Part shown: positions 10,275 through 19,405 of the stretch, piece after piece
Layout: the number at the start of each line of letters is the position of its first letter
How positions within the stretch are numbered: the first letter of the stretch is position 1
Assembly: GCA_902492235.1 (NCBI GenBank)
Contig: CABUKS010000006.1
Span: forward strand, 5,620-69,619
Direction: 5' to 3'
DNA from: an uncultured Collinsella sp.
GTDB lineage: Bacteria > Actinomycetota > Coriobacteriia > Coriobacteriales > Coriobacteriaceae
DNA length: 64,000 bases
Position numbers and translations under genes: made by a program
Notes under the pieces: model-generated
What the model saw: only the letters and a program-made list of their open reading frames with translations
Told to the model about the DNA's origin: nothing
The model's database searches: none

Positions 10275-11486
10275 ATGGCGGCACCCATCAATTCAATGCA
10301 ACTTGAGGGAAATACGATCCTGCTGGGCATTACCGGCGGGATCGCCGCCTATAAGTCGTGCAATATCGTGCGCCTGCTGCAAAAGCGCGGCGCGCGCGTC
10401 AAGGTCGTTATGAGCGAGCATGCCACCGAGTTTGTGGGGCCGCTTACCTTCCGCGCACTCACCAATGAGCCGGTCGCGGTGGGCCTATTCGACGATCCCT
10501 CCGACCCCATCCACCACATTTCGCTGGCGCAGGAGCCCGATCTGGTGGTCGTGGCGCCCGCGACGGCCAATATCATCGCCAAGATGGCCAACGGCGTCGC
10601 CGATGACCTCATCTCCACCACGCTGCTTGCGACGCCGCGACCCATCGTGATCGCACCCGCTATGAACAACGGCATGTGGAAGGCGCCGGCGACGCAGGCC
10701 AACATGGCCACGCTGCGCGAGCGCGATGTCCATGTGGTGGGTCCGGGCAGCGGCTACCTTGCCTGCGGCGACGTGGACACGGGACGCATGAGCGAGCCCG
10801 AGGACATCGTAGAGGCTGTCTGTGAGGTGCTCAACCCCGCGCCACAGGACCTGGCGGGTAAGCGCATCGTAATTACCGCCGGTCCCACGCACGAGCCGAT
10901 CGACCCCGTGCGATTCATTGGCAACCGCTCTTCGGGCAAGATGGGCATCGCCCTGGCGGGGGAGGCCGCACGCCGCGGCGCTGCGGTCACGCTCGTGTTG
11001 GGACCGACATCACTCGATGTGCCCTGCGGCGTGGAGTGCGTGCGCGTGCAGACCGCCGCAGAGATGCTCCAGGCGGCCCTGAGCGCCTTCCAGACGGCCG
11101 ATGCGGCAATTTGTGCGGCCGCCGTCGCCGACTACACCCCCGCGGCCCCTGCGGACCATAAGCTCAAAAAGGCCAACGAGCGCCTGGATCGCATCGAACT
11201 GGTCGAGACGGTCGATATTTTGGCCGAGCTCTCGCGCCAGAAGGGCGAGCGATGCGTGATCGGATTTGCGGCCGAGACCGATAACGTTGTCGAGTACGCA
11301 GAGCGCAAATTGGCCCGCAAGGGGTGCGATGTAATAATCGCCAACGATGTCTCACGCACCGATTCGGGCTTTGGGACCGACACCAACAAGGCCTGGATTG
11401 TGAGCACAACGGGTACGCAAGAACTTCCCGTACTAACAAAACCCCAGCTCGCAGATACAATTTTGGACTTGCTTCAAAAATTGTAA
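10275..11486 (+). CDS. coaBC: Bifunctional phosphopantothenoylcysteine decarboxylase/phosphopantothenate-cysteine ligase
   Basis: GITGGIAAYK, APATAN, PAMN, DPVRFIGNRSSGKMG, GFAAET. Confidence 0.97.
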   Translation: MAAPINSMQLEGNTILLGITGGIAAYKSCNIVRLLQKRGARVKVVMSEHATEFVGPLTFRALTNEPVAVGLFDDPSDPIHHISLAQEPDLVVVAPATANIIAKMANGVADDLISTTLLATPRPIVIAPAMNNGMWKAPATQANMATLRERDVHVVGPGSGYLACGDVDTGRMSEPEDIVEAVCEVLNPAPQDLAGKRIVITAGPTHEPIDPVRFIGNRSSGKMGIALAGEAARRGAAVTLVLGPTSLDVPCGVECVRVQTAAEMLQAALSAFQTADAAICAAAVADYTPAAPADHKLKKANERLDRIELVETVDILAELSRQKGERCVIGFAAETDNVVEYAERKLARKGCDVIIANDVSRTDSGFGTDTNKAWIVSTTGTQELPVLTKPQLADTILDLLQKL

Positions 11487-11494
11487 AAAAGTTC

Positions 11495-11524
11495 TTGCAC
11501 AAGTCTAAAGTTTCGGGTTAATAT
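11495..11524 (+). promoter_or_regulatory. Putative sigma-A promoter of tRNA-Pro
   Basis: TTGCAC-N18-TAATAT with an A/T-rich tract upstream. Confidence 0.6.
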
Positions 11525-11566
11525 ACTCCCTGTTGCGAGCGAGAGCAGAGCAACAAACAAAAGCTT

Positions 11567-11643
<77 letters not shown>

Positions 11644-11652
11644 GAAGTTTGC

Positions 11653-11683
11653 AGGTCAGGCACCTAGTGCCTGACCTTTTTTT
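11653..11683 (+). terminator. Intrinsic terminator after tRNA-Pro
   Basis: AGGTCAGGCAC-CTA-GTGCCTGACCT followed by a T-tract. Confidence 0.85.
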
Positions 11684-11687
11684 ATGC

Positions 11688-11718
11688 TGGGTCACCAGAT
11701 GGGTCACGAATGGGTCAC
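11688..11718. repeat. Three direct TGGGTCAC repeats (candidate integrase arm-type sites)
   Basis: TGGGTCAC at 11688, 11700 and 11711, next to the tRNA 3' end. Confidence 0.6.
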
Positions 11719-11964
11719 CGGCTGTTTTTTTAGATGATAAAGACATGCCTTTCTACCTGCCGTGCCCAACCCGGATAGGTATCCGGCGGTGTCGAACGCC
11801 AGTTCATAGCCGTTCAGGGTCGCTTTGCCCAGCAGCACCGCGCCGGGGCAGCGGGTTTCAACTTGATGGATATCAAGGTTGCTACCGTACGCGAAGTTGA
11901 TGATCGAGGGTGCAGTCTCGGGGTGACGGGCTGAGGCGTTGTTGCGCTTCTCATTGTACTTCAT
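11704..11964 (-). pseudogene. Truncated gamma-glutamylcyclotransferase (GGCT/AIG2-like)
   Basis: FAYGSNL..RCPGA..G.ATL.GYELAF N-terminal motif, then similarity is lost; only 86 aa. Confidence 0.75.
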
Positions 11965-12313
11965 GGTTCACGCCTTTCGGTGTTGTGATGGGCTTCGGTC
12001 GCTCGAGCTGATTGCAGCATACAGTCTGAAGCCGAAAAGGCGTGAAAACCTGAGATTGTCATTTTAAGAAATAGAACGAAAAGGACGGCCATGCACGAAA
12101 TCGCGCAGGCAGAAAGCGCTGTTCGAGGCGCATCCTGCGAAAGGATACCCGTTCAGAAGGGTTGTTGCCAGTTTTTATCGATTCGATTTTTTACGAGCGC
12201 ACGAAGAGGTTGCGTTTAGAAAAACGCAAGGGCGGCTGTTTTGCCTGTAAGCAAACATGAAATCGGCCGCAGCGGTACCGCCTGGGAGGGCGGACGAGGG
12301 ACTTGGCCGCAAC

Positions 12314-13276
12314 CTAATCCCCGGGTGCGGCTGCTACGCTCACTACTTGAGAATCGTAGACCGCCCAGTATGTTCCATCCAAGAGTCGCAACACGAAACA
12401 GCGGTCATCTTTGCCTATTTCGGCGGCGTTTACGCATTTCTGAAGATCGGCGTGGCGCGCGTAGCGGCCGACGAGCTTATCTCCATTTACAAGCACGACT
12501 TTAAGGTCGAGGCCCATCTTCTCGTACATGACAATGCGATCTAAAACGGACACCTCGCTTGAGTCGAAGTCGGGCCTTTGCCCACCGCGGCGAATCCCTC
12601 GTTCAGTCAATGCCCTGTCGATCCCGCCCTTTGCGTAGTCGCTCAGCTGGGAATAGATTCTGCCAGCGAGATCATCGGCCAAGACGCGCTCTGGGTCCCC
12701 GCCTGACCGTTCCGCTCGAAACTCGCCTAATGCCGACAGCATCAGGTACACCTCATGCAATCGCAGCGGCAGGAAGATCGGGTGAGCCGTCGACTTCAGG
12801 CCGCCGCGGCTTGTCGGCTCGGCCTTGATGTAGGAGTCGCCAAAACGCACGCCGCCTGCCAGGGCGCTCAGGCGTTTTTGCACCGCCGTGCGCGAGCAGC
12901 CCAGGTACGCGGCGATCGCTTGCTGGGTCATTCCCTTATGCGCCGCTTTGAGCAGCATGAGATTTGCCTCGTCCGTGCCTATGAACGATTTGTCCAAGTT
13001 GTAGTGGCGCTTTTTCAGGGCGCCGCCAATCTCGTTGCCCTTTTCGAACAGCTCGTGCACGCTCAGGAACAATTCATGGCGGCCGTTGCTTTGGGGGCCT
13101 TCCTCTGAGTTGGCATAATCTGCCAGCGCCTTGCAAAACGAGCGATAGTTTTCGTCGGTGACGAAAATGGGCCACTGCATGTTGTGAAAGCGTGTGCCTT
13201 CACGTGTGTCGGCGAATTTCGCATACGCAGACTCAGGATCGCAACCGACCCTTTCCGCAATTTCCGCAACTCTCAT
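12314..13276 (-). CDS. HTH-domain protein, possible divergent WYL-like regulator
   Basis: Central HTH (MTQQAIAAYLGCSRTAVQKRLSAL), helical linker, beta-rich C-terminus; 320 aa with GGAAGGG SD-like sequence upstream. Confidence 0.6.
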   Translation of the reverse strand: MRVAEIAERVGCDPESAYAKFADTREGTRFHNMQWPIFVTDENYRSFCKALADYANSEEGPQSNGRHELFLSVHELFEKGNEIGGALKKRHYNLDKSFIGTDEANLMLLKAAHKGMTQQAIAAYLGCSRTAVQKRLSALAGGVRFGDSYIKAEPTSRGGLKSTAHPIFLPLRLHEVYLMLSALGEFRAERSGGDPERVLADDLAGRIYSQLSDYAKGGIDRALTERGIRRGGQRPDFDSSEVSVLDRIVMYEKMGLDLKVVLVNGDKLVGRYARHADLQKCVNAAEIGKDDRCFVLRLLDGTYWAVYDSQVVSVAAAPGD

Positions 13277-13653
13277 GCCAATCCCTTCCGCAACCCAATC
13301 AGACGCACGAAAAACCTATCAAGCCAGAAGATTGATGTGGCAAAAAAGAAGAAGAGGCATTACACCCCTCTTTCCGGACAGCCTGTATCCCGGTTCCCTG
13401 CCTGCCAGTTCGCCCTCCCCGAAACCCTCGGGGCGCTATGGGGTCGAGCCCCTCCGCATGGAAAATTCTATCGCGGCCATGCCCGCTATGCGTGTCACGC
13501 ACACCACGCCAAACGTCAGGTTTACCAGCCGGGACTGAGCCCTCTTTCGAGAGCAGGGTTATATTAGCATCTACAAACTCGAAAAACCCTGCCGCATTTG
13601 AGGAGTACCAAGAAAAAGGTCTACACCTTGAATATCAACCTCATCCGAACACC

Positions 13654-13691
13654 TCCCGCATTCATCCGAACAAGTACGGATGAATGCGGGA
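13654..13691. repeat. Perfect 15-bp inverted repeat hairpin
   Basis: TCCCGCATTCATCCG-N8-CGGATGAATGCGGGA. Confidence 0.8.
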
Positions 13692-13964
13692 ATCCGATAC
13701 CCTGAGGGCCGGATCGGCCGAGCCACTGGGCACAAGCGGGACACGGTCCAGAGGATGCCGGGGCGCGGGGTCCCGTGCGGGGAGATCGCGAGGGAGCCGG
13801 GCAGGTCGCCCTCGACGATGAGCGCAGAGATACCGTCGCGCCCACCCACGAAAAGAGGGTTCCCTCGCAGGCGCCGCATCCGCACGCCCCCGCAAAGAAA
13901 CCCTCGCACTCGCATCTCTACCTGCGAACCCGCACGTGCCCTCGCGCACGCGCCGCGGCAGCCG

Positions 13965-14756
13965 CTAGTCGCGGTAGAACGAGCCCATGTAGCGGATGTA
14001 CTCGTCCTCGGTGTGGTTGGCCTTCCAGTCGTGGACGGAGTCCTTGTTGCGCTGGCCGGCGATGACGGAGAGCTCCTTACCCAGCTTCTCAAAGGCCTCG
14101 TCGACGCACTCCTCGGGGGTGAGGGCGATCTTCATGACGGCCTCGCCCTGCGGGCCGCCGGGGAGGTTGGACAGCAGGCTGGGGGTTAGGGTGGTGCCGA
14201 GGGTGATGACCTCGACGTCGACACCGGTGCCCTCGCACTCGCAGGCCACGGCCTCGGTCATCTTGAGGATGAAGGCCTTGCCCGCGCCGTACTGGCCGTT
14301 CCAGGGGCTGGAGCTGATGCCGGTCATCGACGAGACGTTGATCACGGCGCCGCGGTCCTGGGTGGCAAAGATCCGCATGTAGTGGTGGAAGCACTTGAGG
14401 AAGGTCACGACGTTGACGTTGATCATGGCCTCGTGCTTCTCCCAGGGGGTGTCCTGGATCTTGCCGAAGCTGTGCAGGCAGGCAACGTAGCTCATGAAGC
14501 CCATGTCCAGGCCCTCGGTCGCGGCGAAGACGGTCTCGGCCGCGCCGGGCTGGCTAAAGTCGGCGCGCACGACCTTGGTCTCCACGCCGTAGGTCTCGCG
14601 GATCTCGCCGGCGAGCACGTTCAGCTTCTCCTCGCGACGGCCGACCATGACGACATTCATGCCGCCGGCGGCGATCTTCTCGCAGAACGCCTTGCCGACG
14701 CCCTCGGTCGCGCCCAGGATCAGGCCCCACTCACCGTACTTCTCCCTCAGGTTCAT
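13965..14756 (-). CDS. hdhB: NADP(H)-dependent 7beta-hydroxysteroid dehydrogenase (SDR family, bile acid epimerisation)
   Basis: 263 aa MNLREKYGEWGLILGATEGVG...YMGSFYRD matches the C. aerofaciens enzyme as I recall it; S143/Y156/K160 triad, G39-R40 NADP determinant. Confidence 0.93.
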   Translation of the reverse strand: MNLREKYGEWGLILGATEGVGKAFCEKIAAGGMNVVMVGRREEKLNVLAGEIRETYGVETKVVRADFSQPGAAETVFAATEGLDMGFMSYVACLHSFGKIQDTPWEKHEAMINVNVVTFLKCFHHYMRIFATQDRGAVINVSSMTGISSSPWNGQYGAGKAFILKMTEAVACECEGTGVDVEVITLGTTLTPSLLSNLPGGPQGEAVMKIALTPEECVDEAFEKLGKELSVIAGQRNKDSVHDWKANHTEDEYIRYMGSFYRD

Positions 14757-15421
14757 GCTGCATCCTCTCTCTCGATGCCCATGCGGGCACATCTCCTTTA
14801 GCGTGCGGCCGCACAGCCGCACACGGTGCACCATTATGCGCTGAACAAGAGGGGAGCGTGTTCACGACTTTGCGAACGAGCCCGTAACAACGATGAACGG
14901 TGTCGGTCTATCACCGCGAAGAAACCCTTGCGGCATCGAGAGAGGAGGTGCTGGCAGGTGGAACCAAAAGGTGAACGCCGCCATCTCTAGCTCCACCTTA
15001 TCGGGTTTCCCGTCGCAAGCGATGCTTCAAAGAGCTTGCGCAGCGAAACGTTGGCGAAGGTCCAGGACCACGCTTTGCTGCTGCCCACTGTGACTCGGCC
15101 CTCGGCTCTGCGTAGAACCCGAAGCCGCTTTTGCAGTCGATGCGATTGACCCCGTCGAGGTCGGTGAGGGTGTAGCTTTCGCCCTCTCCATCCTGGCTCG
15201 AGCGTCCCTTGCGCTCGAAAGCAAAGTGACTTGACGCGAAGAGCACCTCACCAGCGCCGTTATTTTTTGGCATCTTTGGGGGCTGATGTACACAAATGCG
15301 ACTCCACGTGCCGACCAGCAACGTCCTCCACATGTCTGGACTCTCTATGCTTGCGCTGGATAGACATCGCAGGAACGGGTATAGTATCGAAAGTTTTGTC
15401 GTTAACCAGCGGGGGAGTCCT

Positions 15422-16126
15422 GTGGGCATCAAAAAGAAGATCAAAAAGGAGCTTATCGGCACTTCCGATTACCCGTCGAATAAGATCTTTACGATCTCCA
15501 ATTTCATCACCTTTACGCGCCTGATCCTCACCCTGGTATTTCTGTACCTGTTTGTGACGGACAACAACCGCGTCATCGCCATCGTTATCTACGCCGTTGC
15601 CGCCTCCACCGACTGGATGGACGGTCAGATCGCCCGCATGACTAAGACGGTCTCATGGCTCGGCAAGGTCATGGATCCCATCTGCGACCGTGCGCTGCTG
15701 TTCACCGGCGTCTTGGGACTGGTGGTCCGCGGAGAGCTACCCATCTGGGTCTGCGTGCTCATTATTGGCCGCGATATCTATCTGGGCATCGGCACGCTTA
15801 TCGTGCGTCATTATCACCGTCGCCCCATCGATGTCGTCTTCCCCGGAAAGATTGCCACAGCGCTGCTCATGACCGGATTCTCGCTCATGCTGCTCGGGTT
15901 CCCCGTTGTTGACGGCCTGCAACTTTTACCTTCAACCCTCACGGCCTTCCCGGGCCTCAACGGAAGCTCGGTGCCCCTCGGCATCTTCTTTGTGTACGGC
16001 GGCGTGATCTTCTCCATGCTCACGGCTGTCATCTACTCCATTAAGGGCGGAGTGGCCATTAAACAGGCTCTCGCGCATCCCGAGGACGAGGACATCGACT
16101 TTCTGAACCCTGAAATCGAAGACTGA
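15422..16126 (+). CDS. CDP-alcohol phosphatidyltransferase (PgsA2/cardiolipin synthase-like)
   Basis: DWMDGQIAR..GKVMDPICDR signature; GTG start after GGGGGAG. Confidence 0.88.
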   Translation: MGIKKKIKKELIGTSDYPSNKIFTISNFITFTRLILTLVFLYLFVTDNNRVIAIVIYAVAASTDWMDGQIARMTKTVSWLGKVMDPICDRALLFTGVLGLVVRGELPIWVCVLIIGRDIYLGIGTLIVRHYHRRPIDVVFPGKIATALLMTGFSLMLLGFPVVDGLQLLPSTLTAFPGLNGSSVPLGIFFVYGGVIFSMLTAVIYSIKGGVAIKQALAHPEDEDIDFLNPEIED

Positions 16127-16192
16127 TTCGTTGGGGTATGATTACGTACGGTTCATTATTTGCGGCACGTCCGCGATAAGTTAGGGGTTGTC

Positions 16193-16627
16193 ATGGACAA
16201 CATGGTTAACAATATGCCTCAGAATGATAAGACTGCTGACGCTACCTGCGTATTCCGCGTGCCTTCAAGCGACGTCACCGTTCCCGACCTCATGGCCAAC
16301 GTGCGCATCACCGCCCCCGTCCTGTCCATCGTCAAGGGTCCGCAGACTGGTGCCGCCTTTGAACTCGAGGACGACGTGACCACCATCGGCCGCGATCCCG
16401 CGAACGGCATCTTCCTTAATGACATGACCGTTTCGCGCAGCCACGCGCGCATTATTCGCGAGGGCCTCGGCGCTCGCATCGAGGACCTGGGCTCGCTCAA
16501 TGGTACCTGGGTCGACGGTGCCATTGTCAATGCAGCCCCGCTGCACGACGGTTCTTCCGTTCAGATCGGTACGTTTACGCTCATCTACCACGAGAGCACG
16601 CCGGAGCGCATCGAAACCGGTGAGTAG
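16193..16627 (+). CDS. FHA domain protein, GarA/OdhI-like
   Basis: IGR, VSRSHA, DLGSLNGTWV FHA motifs; N-terminal DATCVFR resembles GarA ETTSVFR; followed by a MerR gene. Confidence 0.85.
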   Translation: MDNMVNNMPQNDKTADATCVFRVPSSDVTVPDLMANVRITAPVLSIVKGPQTGAAFELEDDVTTIGRDPANGIFLNDMTVSRSHARIIREGLGARIEDLGSLNGTWVDGAIVNAAPLHDGSSVQIGTFTLIYHESTPERIETGE

Positions 16628-16630
16628 GGC

Positions 16631-17509
16631 ATGGCCGAACGCAACTATCTGAGTATCGGCCAAGTCGTCAACCTACTTCGAGGCGCATACCCCGATCTTT
16701 CGAACTCAAAAATTAGATTTCTAGAGGATGAGGGGCTCATTACCCCTCATCGTACGCCTAAGGGATACCGTCAGTACTCTAAGGAGGACGTTGATCGTCT
16801 GGAGGTCATCCTGCACTTGCAGAAGACCCGCTACATGCCGCTCAACGTGATTAAGCAGCGCTTGGAAAACGCCACGGACCTGTCAACGCTCGCCTACGAG
16901 GTGGGCTTGCTATCCGATGTTCCGCTCAAGACGGAGCCCAAGGAGACTAAGCAAAAGCTGCATCCCATCGAGACCATTCCCGATATGTTGGGCGTCGAAA
17001 TTTCGTTTATCCGCTCGCTCGCCGAGAACGACCTCATTCGCATCATCAAGAGTCCGCAGAATCGCGAGCTTGTCGATGGTCGCGATTTTCCGATCATCCG
17101 CTACTGCTCCGAGCTGTCGCGCTTCCATATCGAGCCGCGCAACCTGCGTCAGTACGTGTCTTCCGCCAACCGCGAGTCCTCGATGTTTGAGCAGGTGCTT
17201 GTGAGCATGCTCGGCATGGATACCTCCGATGACGAGCGCGACGCCAAGCTCGAGCGTGCGTTTAAGAAGCTTCACGACCTGACGGAGGGCGTGCACACCG
17301 CGCTGCTCAAGAACCGCGTTTTTGAGTCGCTCAACGCCGTGGTCGAGGACGCCGACATCGATGCACTCGATGAGGAAATCACTCGCTCCGAGTCAACCAA
17401 GGCCAAAAACGAAGAGATAGGCGCGCCGGCTTCGCACGAGGATTCCCTCGTAAAGCCGCTCAAGGTCGTCACCCCTTCGCAATCCGGCACCGCCACCGAG
17501 GGCAACTAA
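16631..17509 (+). CDS. MerR-family regulator (FtsR/Rv1828-like)
   Basis: LSIGQV..YPDLSNSKIRFLEDEGLITPHRTPKGYRQY; synteny with garA-like gene. Confidence 0.85.
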   Translation: MAERNYLSIGQVVNLLRGAYPDLSNSKIRFLEDEGLITPHRTPKGYRQYSKEDVDRLEVILHLQKTRYMPLNVIKQRLENATDLSTLAYEVGLLSDVPLKTEPKETKQKLHPIETIPDMLGVEISFIRSLAENDLIRIIKSPQNRELVDGRDFPIIRYCSELSRFHIEPRNLRQYVSSANRESSMFEQVLVSMLGMDTSDDERDAKLERAFKKLHDLTEGVHTALLKNRVFESLNAVVEDADIDALDEEITRSESTKAKNEEIGAPASHEDSLVKPLKVVTPSQSGTATEGN

Positions 17510-17549
17510 CAGCTGCCGCTTATCCGGCAACCCATTGAAAGGTCATGCA

Positions 17550-18080
17550 ATGTACGACTTCGAATCTCAAATCGTCGACATCCCCGACTATCCCGAGCCC
17601 GGAGTCATCTTTAAAGACATCACGCCGCTCTTTGGCAATCCCGAGGCGTTCAAAGCCATGACCGATGCCCTCGCCGAGCACTTTGCCGGCATGGGAATCA
17701 CCAAGGTCGTGGGCCCCGAGGCTCGCGGCTTTATGGTTGGCGTACCGGTGGCTGTAGCCCTTGGCGCCGGCTTTGTTCCCGCACGTAAACCGGGCAAGCT
17801 ACCGCGCGAGACCGTGAGCCAGAGCTACGAGCTCGAGTACGGAACGGATTCCATTGAGATCCATGCCGACGCTATCAGCTCTAAAGATACCGTGTTGATT
17901 CTGGACGACTTGGTCGCGACGGGCGGAACCGTCGAGGCAACAGGTAAACTGGTGCGAGATATGGGCGCAAAGCTTGTCGGTTACGGTTGTATCCTTGAGC
18001 TTGCGTTTCTCAACCCGCGCGAGAAGCTCACGCCGTCTGATGACGATGTGGAGCTCTTTAGCCTGGTGACGGTGGACTAG
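17550..18080 (+). CDS. apt: Adenine phosphoribosyltransferase
   Basis: FKDITP, EARGF, RKPGKLP, YELEYG, DDLVATGGT. Confidence 0.97.
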   Translation: MYDFESQIVDIPDYPEPGVIFKDITPLFGNPEAFKAMTDALAEHFAGMGITKVVGPEARGFMVGVPVAVALGAGFVPARKPGKLPRETVSQSYELEYGTDSIEIHADAISSKDTVLILDDLVATGGTVEATGKLVRDMGAKLVGYGCILELAFLNPREKLTPSDDDVELFSLVTVD

Positions 18081-18112
18081 CCGTTACCCTTAGTTACTGG
18101 AAAGGAAGCTAC

Positions 18113-19240
18113 ATGCGCACAGCAAACACGCACAAAAACATGGCACGCTGCGCTGCTACGGCAACCCTCGCTTGTGTTTTGGGCTTGGGCCTCGCGGCTC
18201 CTGCCTACGCCGATACCGCATCCGACCTTGCCGCTGCTCGTACGAAGCTCGAGCAGATCGGTACCCAAACCCAGCAGATTTACGATGAGCTCGCCACGCA
18301 GACGCAGGCACTCGATCAGACTGCTGGCGAGATCACGCAAAAGCAGCAGGAGATCGCCGATGGTCAGGCCAAACTCTCGACCTATGTCGCCAGCGAGTAC
18401 AAAACCGGCGGTCTGAGCCTGCTTCAGGTTCTGACGGGTGTCGATGATCTGAGCGATATGCTCAACCGTTTGTTCTACTACGGCAAAGTTTCCGATAAGC
18501 AAGCTCAGACCATTCAAGAGGTCAAAGAGCTTAAGCAGCAGCTCACCGATAAGCAGGCCGAGCAGGAGAAGAACGTCGCCACCACGCAAAAGAAGGTTGA
18601 CGAGCTTAACGCCCAGCAGGCTGAAGCCCAGAACGTCGTAAACTCCCTGGATTCGCAGCTGCAAGCCGAGCTTGCCGCAGAGGCCGAGGCCAACGCCGCG
18701 CTGCAGGCTGGCATCAACGCCAGCACCGCCGAGAAGGCCACGGTGAGCAACGAGACTGCCGGTACGACCGAGAACACCAACAATGGTGGCCAGACCAGCA
18801 ATAACAACAACCAGGGCGGCAACACTCCGGCTCCTACGCCGGCACCTGCTCCGACGCCGCAGCCCCCCGCACCTGCTCCGGCTCCGACGCCTTCTGCCCC
18901 GAGCCAGTCCGTCGACGGCGGTTCTGTTGTCTCTCGTGCATACAGTAAGCTTGGTTGCGCTTATTCCTGGGGCGGAATTGGCCCGAACAGCTTCGACTGC
19001 TCTGGTTTTGTTAGCTATTGCCTCACTGGTCGCTATTGCCGTCTGGGCACCACGGGTACCTTTATGGGCTGGACGCGTGTGTCCGATCCGCAGCCCGGTG
19101 ACGTTGTGGTCAACTCGTACCACACTGGCATTTACATCGGTGGTGGTCAGATGATTCATGCTTCCGACTACAACACGGGTGTTATCATCAGTTCCGTTGC
19201 CGCCGGCATGAACAACAACTATATCTTCGTGCGCTACTAA
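18113..19240 (+). CDS. Secreted coiled-coil NlpC/P60 peptidoglycan endopeptidase (CwlO/PcsB-like architecture)
   Basis: Signal peptide, coiled coil, N/P/A-rich linker, YSWGG..FDCSGFV..HTGIY..MIHA. Confidence 0.9.
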   Translation: MRTANTHKNMARCAATATLACVLGLGLAAPAYADTASDLAAARTKLEQIGTQTQQIYDELATQTQALDQTAGEITQKQQEIADGQAKLSTYVASEYKTGGLSLLQVLTGVDDLSDMLNRLFYYGKVSDKQAQTIQEVKELKQQLTDKQAEQEKNVATTQKKVDELNAQQAEAQNVVNSLDSQLQAELAAEAEANAALQAGINASTAEKATVSNETAGTTENTNNGGQTSNNNNQGGNTPAPTPAPAPTPQPPAPAPAPTPSAPSQSVDGGSVVSRAYSKLGCAYSWGGIGPNSFDCSGFVSYCLTGRYCRLGTTGTFMGWTRVSDPQPGDVVVNSYHTGIYIGGGQMIHASDYNTGVIISSVAAGMNNNYIFVRY

Positions 19241-19263
19241 GTTATCCTACACAGCGTGTGAAT

Positions 19264-19302
19264 GTGGACCTCGTGGCTTTAAGTCGCGAGGTCCACTCTT
19301 TT
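19264..19302 (+). terminator. Intrinsic terminator
   Basis: GTGGACCTCG..CGAGGTCCAC hairpin followed by TCTTTT. Confidence 0.7.
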
Positions 19303-19318
19303 CTCTCTCATCTTAGAA

Positions 19319-19347
19319 GGCTATCTAGTATTCAAAACTAGATAGCC
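19319..19347. promoter_or_regulatory. Palindromic operator upstream of degV (candidate DUF1836 site)
   Basis: GGCTATCTAGT-N7-ACTAGATAGCC; near-identical copy at 20994-21019. Confidence 0.75.
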
Positions 19348-19405
19348 GTCCATTTGGTTTGCAAGAAGGCTATAATTGTTGACGAACCATTAGAAAGGAC
19401 CCTCT

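Noticed and set aside
14998..15293. Short ORFs at the right end of the island
   Set aside because: No recognisable motif or good start; may be a gene relic but I cannot support a call.
18770..18900. AAC and CCGGCTCC-type repeats
   Set aside because: They encode the Asn and Pro-Ala-Thr linker of the NlpC/P60 protein; ordinary.
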